Source: Candidatus Eiseniibacteriota bacterium (GTDB lineage: Bacteria > Eisenbacteria > RBG-16-71-46 > CAVPCR01). Taken from it: 64,000 bases of DNA. The translations under genes and the position numbers were made by a program. Location: NCBI GenBank assembly GCA_963823555.1, contig CAWGMA010000003.1:736001-800000 (forward strand), read 5' to 3'. Position 1 is the stretch's first letter, and every line of letters begins with the position of its first letter. Shown piece after piece: positions 1-7,248 of this stretch. Below the pieces are notes generated by a model, which did no database searches, was not told the DNA's origin, and saw only the letters and a program-made list of their open reading frames with translations.

Positions 1-2
1 GC

Positions 3-722
3 GGTGTCACGCGGGATCCCAGCGCCGACGGCGAGCACTACCAGTGGCAGTTCGCCACGATGGGGGCCTATGCCTTCCTCGCCGAGACGCACACCGAGTT
101 CCAGCCGAGCTACACCAGCGCCCAGACCGAAGCCGCGCTCGTATGGCCGGGCGCGCTGTGGATGCTCGATCGCGCCATCCCGCTGTGGGGCCACGTCACC
201 GACGCGGTGACCGGCTCGCCCGTCGTGGCCGCGATCCAGTACGAAGGGGTCGCCTTCCAGCACGGGGAGGAGAACCAGAGTGGCGGGGCCGATGGGCGCT
301 ATCACGCCTTCCTGCCGGCCGGGACCTACAGCATTCGATTCACGGCCGACGGCTACGAGCCGCTCGTGATCCCCGGTGTGCAGGTTGCCTCCGCCGCGAG
401 CACGCGGCTCGATGCCGCGCTCACGCCGGAATCGGCGGCGATCGCTGCGGACTCGCCTGCCGGTGGAGCCATCGCGGTGTCGTGGCAGAGCCCGTTGTTC
501 CGCTACCGGGTGGCCGAGGCCGGACAGGTCACGCTCCGGGTCGTGGATGTGAGGGGCTCGGTCGTGGCCACTCTCGTCGATCAGGAGCAGGCTCCCGGGC
601 AGTATGCCGTGGCCTGGCAAGGGCGGAACCAGGAGGGCCGGCGCGTCGCCCGCGGCAGCTACTTCTACCACTTCGAGACGGCTGGAGCCGAGCGTACCGG
701 GAAACTACTCCTCGCCGAGTAG
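3..722 (+). CDS. Partial (5'-truncated) M14-type zinc carboxypeptidase with carboxypeptidase-regulatory-like domain and FlgD-Ig C-terminal domain
   Basis: Frame is open from base 3 (GVTRDPSADGEHYQWQFATMGAYAFLAET, resembling the end of an M14 catalytic domain). It continues with GHVTDAVTGSPV...GTYSIRFTADGY (CarboxypepD_reg-like) and ends VVDVRG...WQGRNQEGRRVARGSYFY...KLLLAE (FlgD-Ig-like). Confidence 0.75.
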   Translation, partial: GVTRDPSADGEHYQWQFATMGAYAFLAETHTEFQPSYTSAQTEAALVWPGALWMLDRAIPLWGHVTDAVTGSPVVAAIQYEGVAFQHGEENQSGGADGRYHAFLPAGTYSIRFTADGYEPLVIPGVQVASAASTRLDAALTPESAAIAADSPAGGAIAVSWQSPLFRYRVAEAGQVTLRVVDVRGSVVATLVDQEQAPGQYAVAWQGRNQEGRRVARGSYFYHFETAGAERTGKLLLAE

Positions 723-760
723 GTGGGGGTGGACCTCCCCGGTCGGCTGTGGTCGGGAGA

Positions 761-1378
761 TCAGTCGTCGTCGCAGCAACCCTCGCCGCGGAGCCCCTCA
801 CGCCCTTCCTTGACGAGCCATGGCACCATGGCGAGGGCCGCCACCGGATCCGCCCACCACAGGCCAGCGACCGCGTTGGCGACGAGGCCGACGAGGAGGG
901 CGAGGGAGAGGTAGGCGCAGGCGAGCGTCTCCCTGGCCTCGGCCCGGAGCGCCCCGCTCCTGATCTCGCGGGCCGCCCGGAGCTTCCAGAACGCGATCAC
1001 CGGCATGATGATGAGAGAAGCCGTGGCGAGGAGAATGCCCGGCCAGCTTTCCTGGGGCGCCTCACGCTTCCAGATCGTCCACCCGGCCTGGGTGGTGACG
1101 TAGATCGCGAGGGCGATGAAGGTGCCGCCAACGAAACGGTGCACGCGCGTTTCCGTGCGTTCCACCGTGGCATGGTCCGCCCCACGCGCCTCCACGCTGA
1201 GCCGCCAGAAGAGAACGCCGGCAGCTGCGCATTCGATGACCGAGTCGAGCCCGAAGCCGAGGAGGGCGATGCTCTCCGCTTCGGCCCCCGACCACAGCGC
1301 GACGACGGCCTCGATGATGTTGTATGCCAGTGTGGCGGCAACCAGGCGGATGGCGATCTTGGTCCAGTCGTGCGGCAT
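761..1378 (-). CDS. Cation diffusion facilitator (cation efflux) family membrane protein, short form
   Basis: YNIIEAVVAL...SIALLGFGLDSVIE and WWADPVAAL motifs, about six TM segments, C-terminal CCDDD. Start placed at ATG 1378, 10 nt downstream of a TAGGCT -10-like box. Confidence 0.8.
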   Translation of the reverse strand: MPHDWTKIAIRLVAATLAYNIIEAVVALWSGAEAESIALLGFGLDSVIECAAAGVLFWRLSVEARGADHATVERTETRVHRFVGGTFIALAIYVTTQAGWTIWKREAPQESWPGILLATASLIIMPVIAFWKLRAAREIRSGALRAEARETLACAYLSLALLVGLVANAVAGLWWADPVAALAMVPWLVKEGREGLRGEGCCDDD

Positions 1379-1467
1379 GGTGATGGGAAGCCTAGACGTT
1401 TCCTTGCGCCCAAGGCAAGCCACCCGGTTCCTTGCCAGGATGCTCGAGCTTGACCCGCCCAAATGAA

Positions 1468-1497
1468 AGAGCCGGGTGAGGTCACTCACCCGGCTCT
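1468..1497 (-). terminator. Intrinsic terminator of the 1535..2362 gene
   Basis: 13-bp perfect stem AGAGCCGGGTGAG/CTCACCCGGCTCT with a 4-nt loop, followed by a T-rich run (TTCATTT) on the minus strand. Confidence 0.85.
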
Positions 1498-1534
1498 CGC
1501 GTGTCCGCTAGGCGGCTTGTGGCCGCGCGATGGA

Positions 1535-2362
1535 CTAGTACAGGTTCTTGATGCTGCCCCAGGTCGACTGCTCGACCGGAGTGGAGCAGGGGAAGCCCTC
1601 GATGATGAAGGGCAGGCCCTGCGGAGCCGCCGAGGTGCCGCTGTCGATCAGAGCGCCCCAGACGCCGCTCAGGAACTGCAGACCGTTCCCGGTGATGGCC
1701 TGTCCGAGGATCGTGATCGGCGGGGCCCACGGGCCGGAGGCCAGCGTGCCGCCCGCCTGCCAGTCGACCCAGTAGGTCTGGCCGCCCTGGAGCTGCAGGT
1801 TCGCAGCGAGGCAGATGTCGGCCATGATGTAGCGGTTGGTGGCGCAGGCACCGGTGTCGATCGAGCGACGGATGCCCGACAGCTGCGAGGCCGCGAGCAC
1901 GTTGGTCGTCTGGTCGCCGTAGATCACGACGCCGCCGGGAGGCGGACCGCCAGCCCAGATCTGGAAGTTGACGTTGTTGATCGTGGGCGAGGTGGCGCCG
2001 GTCTGGTAGGCGAAGAACGTGATGGCGCCGACGTCCCAGCACTCTCCGGCCGGAACCTCAAAGTCATCCGCGACACGGATACCGGCCGAGATCGCATGGC
2101 CGAAACCGTAGACGTTCAGGCCGATCGCGGTCTGTAGCTGGCTGTCGTTCGGATTCGGCGCGCTGCAGGCGTTCGGCTGAGTGATCAACGGGCCGTTGTC
2201 ATAGAGGACGACGGCATCAGACGGATGGGTCCACACCGGGCCAGAAGGCACGGCGCCGTACTCGGATCCCGGGCTGTTGAAGATCGTCTCCGCCTCATCC
2301 TTGGCCAATGCCGGCATCGCCAGGACGAGAGAGGCGAGAGCGACGATAACGAGGTGACGCAT
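1535..2362 (-). CDS. Secreted protein with C-terminal VE-x-x-TWG-x-IK tail
   Basis: Sec signal MRHLVIVALASLVLAMPALA, GAGGAGG RBS, beta-rich body (YDNGPL...RVADDF...YWVDW), ends STPVEQSTWGSIKNLY. Confidence 0.85.
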   Translation of the reverse strand: MRHLVIVALASLVLAMPALAKDEAETIFNSPGSEYGAVPSGPVWTHPSDAVVLYDNGPLITQPNACSAPNPNDSQLQTAIGLNVYGFGHAISAGIRVADDFEVPAGECWDVGAITFFAYQTGATSPTINNVNFQIWAGGPPPGGVVIYGDQTTNVLAASQLSGIRRSIDTGACATNRYIMADICLAANLQLQGGQTYWVDWQAGGTLASGPWAPPITILGQAITGNGLQFLSGVWGALIDSGTSAAPQGLPFIIEGFPCSTPVEQSTWGSIKNLY

Positions 2363-2551
2363 GTTGTTTCCTCCTCATTCTCCAGCTGTCGCGAAACACC
2401 TGAAGAAGGATTCCCTGGTTGCGGACACGAACATCACGTACTGCAGTACCTGAACGGGCCAGGTCGGACAAAAAACAAGAGCAGGGCATTTTGCCGGACC
2501 CGGGTTCGGAAGCCGTCGCCGCAGCCTGGCTAGAGCTCCTGCCAAGTAAAA

Positions 2552-2580
2552 ACAGTAGCAAGAGATAGGGCTGATGTCAA
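2552..2580 (-). promoter_or_regulatory. Sigma70-type promoter for 1535..2362
   Basis: Minus strand reads TTGACA-17 nt-TACTGT with a TG extended -10. Confidence 0.7.
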
Positions 2581-2758
2581 GCAATGAGTCAGGGGGTGAG
2601 AGCGCACAGGAGATGAGGTCCGAACGTGGCCCTAAGGACTGCCCCGCCTGCCCCGATGACTCCTTGGGGTGCTGGAGTCTGGCCCTGGTCGCCCGGTACC
2701 GGTAGCCTCCACGCAACCGGGATGCCCCCATCGAGAGAGGAGAGGGTCCGTTTCCCCA

Positions 2759-4366
2759 ATGGCTTCCAACCGCCTCCGCCGGATCGCCCTCGAAGTCGTC
2801 GCCGCGCTTGCCGCGACCCTGCTCGGGCTAGCTGGCTTCGAGCTGGCCCTGCGCGGAGCCTACGCCCTCCGCAACGCGGCCATCGATGCCATCCCGTTGC
2901 CGTATGTCGCGGGGCACGACTACGGCCCCCAGCCGCCATGGGTCGATGGCCTCCGCATCCTGGTCCCCGACGAAGACCTCATCTGGCGGGCCAGTCCGGG
3001 CGTCAGCCGGCGCTACATCGATGTCTTCAGTCCGGTGGACCGGGACCAGGACCGCTACGGGCTCATCCGGCAGTTCCTGCCCCGGGTTCCTCCCTCGCTC
3101 GAATCGAACCCGGTGTGGGAGATCACCCTCAACTCGCAGGGCTTCCGCGAGGTGGAGCTGCCCCAGGGGAAGCCGTCAGGGAGCTTCCGCATCGTTTGCC
3201 TCGGAGACTCCTGGACCTTCGGCGCCAACGTCGGCCCCGATGAGGCCTATCCGCGGCGCCTCGAGGCCCTGCTGCGGGCCGAATATCCGGGGCGCTCGTT
3301 CGAGGTGCTGAACCTCGGGGTGCTCGGATACACGTCCTTCCAGGGGCTCCGGCTGCTGGAGCAGGTGGGACGGAGCCTCGAGCCCGATCTGGTCCTCCTC
3401 GGCTATGGGATGAACGACGGGGACGTCGCTGGATATCGCGACAAGGACATGATCGGCTATCCGAAGCCCGAGGGGCTCGGCCATGCGGTTCGCGCCGCCG
3501 CCACCGGGACCGAGATCTACAAGCTCCTCAACTACCTGGCCATGCTCGTCCACTATGAGCCGAGCACGCTCGGGGATCACTTGCGGGCGAAAGCGAAGAA
3601 GGAGCCGGGCGCCGAGTCCGAGGCCGATTATGCCGAGCTCGAGGAGTGGACGCGGGTCTCGCCCGCGGATTACGGGGCGAACATGACGGCCATGGTCGAG
3701 CGGGCCGGGGATCTGGATGCCGGCGTGATCCTGCTCTTCAACGAGCTGTGGCCGGAAAGTCCCTACCGGAAGGTGCTGGGGCGGGTGGCCGCGGCCCGGG
3801 GCGTGCCCCTCATCGATTCGAGCCGGCTCGTGGCCGAGGCCCGCCGCCGGATCGAAGAGGAACGCGAGGTGGATCTCGGTCTCGAACCACCGGCCTCACC
3901 CCCCAGGGCGGAGGACGGCAAGGTCGAGGTCGTGTTCCGGGTCGACTTCGGCGACCGTCCCGTGCCCACGGCCGCCTACATCGTGGGAGCACATCCCGAT
4001 CTCGGGAATCTGGCGCCGAACACGCTCGCGATGCATGACGACGGGACCCGTGGGGATCAGCGGGCCGGGGATCGGGTGTGGTCCCATGCGGCGCGGTTCG
4101 AGCCGGGGACGCGGCTGGCTTACGTCTACACCAACAGCGGGGTCCGGGGGGAATGGACCGGGCTCGATGTGCCCTATGTCCGCCAGTTCACGGTCGCTTC
4201 CCCCGATAGCGTGGGCCGGGTCTACCGTCCGATCGAGACCTTCGGGGCGATCACCATGCTTGCGGACACCTGGCACACGAATGCGGCGGGATACGATCTG
4301 ATCGCCGCGGCGGTCCTCGACTCCCTGCGCCAGGAGCCGCGATTCGCCGCCTTCGTGTCCGATTGA
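2759..4366 (+). CDS. Membrane-anchored SGNH/GDSL hydrolase with an inserted choice-of-anchor-X-like domain
   Basis: N-terminal TM segment; blocks GDSW, NLGVLG, GMND and terminal DTWH; internal MHDDGTRGDQRAGDRVWS segment. Confidence 0.8.
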   Translation: MASNRLRRIALEVVAALAATLLGLAGFELALRGAYALRNAAIDAIPLPYVAGHDYGPQPPWVDGLRILVPDEDLIWRASPGVSRRYIDVFSPVDRDQDRYGLIRQFLPRVPPSLESNPVWEITLNSQGFREVELPQGKPSGSFRIVCLGDSWTFGANVGPDEAYPRRLEALLRAEYPGRSFEVLNLGVLGYTSFQGLRLLEQVGRSLEPDLVLLGYGMNDGDVAGYRDKDMIGYPKPEGLGHAVRAAATGTEIYKLLNYLAMLVHYEPSTLGDHLRAKAKKEPGAESEADYAELEEWTRVSPADYGANMTAMVERAGDLDAGVILLFNELWPESPYRKVLGRVAAARGVPLIDSSRLVAEARRRIEEEREVDLGLEPPASPPRAEDGKVEVVFRVDFGDRPVPTAAYIVGAHPDLGNLAPNTLAMHDDGTRGDQRAGDRVWSHAARFEPGTRLAYVYTNSGVRGEWTGLDVPYVRQFTVASPDSVGRVYRPIETFGAITMLADTWHTNAAGYDLIAAAVLDSLRQEPRFAAFVSD

Positions 4367-4381
4367 GGCGGCGCACGCCGC

Positions 4382-5302
4382 TCAGCGCGCTCCCCGCTTC
4401 AAGGCCTCGACCGTCGCCCGCAGCCCGCTTTCCATCGCCGTCGTGGGAGACCAGCCGAGGACGGCACGGGCGCGCTCGTTGGCGAGGATCACATGCTTGA
4501 TCTCGCCGGCGCGCTCCGGCTCGTGATGCGGCGGACGCGGGTAGCCGGTCTCGGCGGCCATCATCCGGAACAGCTCATTGACCGACAGCGGGGACTCGGT
4601 GCTCACGTTCACGATGAAGGGATCCGGCGCGCCGAGAGCGAGCAGGTGTGCGGCAGCCACGTCGCCGACATAGACGAAGTCGCGCGTTTGCTCGCCATCC
4701 CCGTAGATCGTGACCGGCTCGCCGCGCAACATCCGCGATCCGAAGATAGCCACGACGCCCGCCTCGCCAAATGGATCCTGGCGCGGTCCGTAGATGTTGG
4801 CCAGACGGAGCACCTTGAGCCGGATCGAGGCCGGCAGGACGATCTTGAGATAGCATTCGAGCGTCCACTTGCTGAGCCCGTAGGCCGAGATCGGCCGGAT
4901 CGGATGCTCCTCGTCCGAGGGCGTGTAGACGGGCATGCCGTACAGGGCGCCTCCGGTGGTGATGTAGATGAAATCGCGGATGGCGCACTCGGTCGCCGCC
5001 TGGATGACGTTGATTCCCCCGAGGATGTTGATGCGCGCGTCGTCGGCCGGGTGCGCCATCGAGACCACCACCGATGGCTGCGCCGCACAGTGGGTCATGG
5101 CCTGGGGCTGGAAGGAGTGTGCGACCTCGAGGAACTCCGGGCTACCGATGTCGAGCCGGACGAGCTCGGCCCCCGGGGGCAGATTCTCGGCCTTGCCGCT
5201 CGATAGATCGTCGACGACGAGCACCGAGTGCCCATCGCCGAGCAGGCGGTCGACGATGTGGGAGCCGATGAAGCCGGCCCCGCCGGTTACCAGAACGCGC
5301 AT
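4382..5302 (-). CDS. NAD-dependent epimerase/dehydratase (UDP-glucose 4-epimerase-like)
   Basis: TGGAGFIG Rossmann motif, YGLSK catalytic motif, NIYGPRQ, GDGEQTRDFVYV. Confidence 0.92.
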   Translation of the reverse strand: MRVLVTGGAGFIGSHIVDRLLGDGHSVLVVDDLSSGKAENLPPGAELVRLDIGSPEFLEVAHSFQPQAMTHCAAQPSVVVSMAHPADDARINILGGINVIQAATECAIRDFIYITTGGALYGMPVYTPSDEEHPIRPISAYGLSKWTLECYLKIVLPASIRLKVLRLANIYGPRQDPFGEAGVVAIFGSRMLRGEPVTIYGDGEQTRDFVYVGDVAAAHLLALGAPDPFIVNVSTESPLSVNELFRMMAAETGYPRPPHHEPERAGEIKHVILANERARAVLGWSPTTAMESGLRATVEALKRGAR

Positions 5303-5406
5303 GGATCAACCTCCGCCGATGGACCTTGCCGGCGCCACGCTCATAGTGAGTCTCTGACCGAGGGAGAAAGCGGACGCGGGCGGCATCATACCCGCGCCGG
5401 AGCCGA

Positions 5407-7248
5407 TCAGGAAGAGGTCGGCGCGGCGCGCACCGCGCTGTCGATCCATTGATCGCGGAAGAGGCGAGCATAGGAGCCACCGGCCTTGAGGAGCTCATCG
5501 TGGGTTCCCTGCTCGACGAGGCGTCCCTCCTCGAGAACGAGGATTCGATCGGCGCGCTGGGCGGTCGAAAGGCGATGGGCGATGATGATGGTGGTCCGCC
5601 CGCGCCCGAGGCGATCGAGCGACGCGAAGAACTCGTGCTCGCTCGTGGTGTCGAGGTTGGAGGTCGGCTCGTCGAGGATCAGGATCGGGGCATCCTTCAA
5701 GAACGCCCTGGCCAGGGACAGCCGCTGGCGCTGTCCGCCGGAGAGTCTCACGCCCCGCTCACCCACCAGGCTGGCATAGCCTTCGGGGAGGCCCTGGATG
5801 TACTCGTCGAGCCCCGCGGCGCGCCCGGCGGCGCGGATCTCCGCCTCGCTCGCTCCCGGGCGCCCATAGGCGATGTTCTCGCCGAGGCTCGATGAGAAGA
5901 GGATCGGCTCCTGCGGCACGAGCGCCATCTGCCGCCGGAGCCAGCGCAGATCGAGGGTCATGATGTCGTGACCATCGAGCAGGATGCGCCCGGCTTGCGG
6001 GCGGTAGAACCTGAGGAGGAGACTGACGAGGCTCGTCTTGCCGGCTCCCGAACGTCCGACGAGGGCAATGCGCTCGCCGGGCTCGATGGTGAAGCTCAGG
6101 TCGCGGAGCACGGGACGCGCCGGCTCGTGGCTGAACGTGACCTCTTCGTAGGCGACATGCCCGGTCACCGTACGCAGCTCCAGCCTGCCCGCGGCCCGCG
6201 CGACTTCGTCCTCCTCGTCCTGGTCGAGGATGCCGAGCACGCGCTCGATGCTCACGCCGGATCGTTGGATGACCATGGCCGAGCCGGCGAGGTAGGTGAT
6301 CGGGCCGTAGAGCGAATGAAGGTACGCGATGAAGACGAGGAGCTCTCCCACCGTCAACCGGCTCTCGAGCACCGACTGCGCGCCGAACCAGACCACGGCC
6401 GCCGTGCCGATGCCGACCAGGGAGTCGGTCACGAGTCCCCCGAGCTTGCTGAGCGTCATCACTCGCACATACTCCGCCTGGCTGGTGCGGGCCCGGGTCT
6501 CGAAGCGCGCCAGCTCGACATCCTCCATGGCGTAGGACTTGATGGCGCGGATCGAGCCCAGCGACTCGCTCACCATCGTGTAGAGGCCGCTCTCGGCCTG
6601 GGCCAGGCCCCGGGTGCGCCGGCGCACTCGCTCCGAGAACCAGGTCCACGAGATGAACAACACGGGGATCACCGTGATCGCCGCGATGCCCAGGCGCGCG
6701 TCGAGAAAGAAGATGGTGGCGGCGATGGCGAGCGCAGTCACCGCCTGGATGGTGAGCGGGATGAAGCCGTAGGTGATGATGTTCTGCAGCGCCGAGGCAT
6801 CGCCGATGATGCGGTAGAGGAGGTCGCCCACGCTCGAGTGGTCATGGAAGCGGAGCGACAGCCGCTGCAGCTTGCCGTACAGGTCGCAGCGGAGTTTGAG
6901 CACCATGCGCTGGCCCAGGAGCTGGGTCGAGTACTCCTGGACCAGGGCGAGCACCGAGCCGGAGAGCAACGCTCCCACCATGAGGGCGACCGCGATGGCC
7001 AGGAGGGCCGGCTGGTCGGGTTCGCCGAAGATGGTCGTGAGCCAGCGGGGGGCCGGCCGGTCGCCGAGGACGGAGTCGACGACCACCTGCATCGGCCATG
7101 GCTTGGCGAGCGTGATCACGGTGGTGGCCAGCATGGCACCCACGGTCATGGCGAGGAGGCGCCACTCCGCACGCACATAGGGCAGGAGCCGGACGTAGAG
7201 CGCAAGCGAGTTCCGGGACCGGGAGAAGCGGCCGCCTATCTCCATCAT
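5407..7248 (-). CDS. ABC exporter, fused permease and ATP-binding domain (MsbA/NdvA-like)
   Basis: N-terminal TM domain; Walker A GRSGAGKT, signature LSGGQRQR, Walker B ILILDE, H-loop AHRL. Start overlaps the stop of the upstream glycosyltransferase. Confidence 0.93.
   Translation of the reverse strand: MMEIGGRFSRSRNSLALYVRLLPYVRAEWRLLAMTVGAMLATTVITLAKPWPMQVVVDSVLGDRPAPRWLTTIFGEPDQPALLAIAVALMVGALLSGSVLALVQEYSTQLLGQRMVLKLRCDLYGKLQRLSLRFHDHSSVGDLLYRIIGDASALQNIITYGFIPLTIQAVTALAIAATIFFLDARLGIAAITVIPVLFISWTWFSERVRRRTRGLAQAESGLYTMVSESLGSIRAIKSYAMEDVELARFETRARTSQAEYVRVMTLSKLGGLVTDSLVGIGTAAVVWFGAQSVLESRLTVGELLVFIAYLHSLYGPITYLAGSAMVIQRSGVSIERVLGILDQDEEDEVARAAGRLELRTVTGHVAYEEVTFSHEPARPVLRDLSFTIEPGERIALVGRSGAGKTSLVSLLLRFYRPQAGRILLDGHDIMTLDLRWLRRQMALVPQEPILFSSSLGENIAYGRPGASEAEIRAAGRAAGLDEYIQGLPEGYASLVGERGVRLSGGQRQRLSLARAFLKDAPILILDEPTSNLDTTSEHEFFASLDRLGRGRTTIIIAHRLSTAQRADRILVLEEGRLVEQGTHDELLKAGGSYARLFRDQWIDSAVRAAPTSS

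Noticed and set aside
2527..2545. Possible sigma54 site (TGGC...TGC)
   Set aside because: GG-to-GC spacing is 11 rather than 10 on both strands, and a good sigma70 promoter is adjacent.
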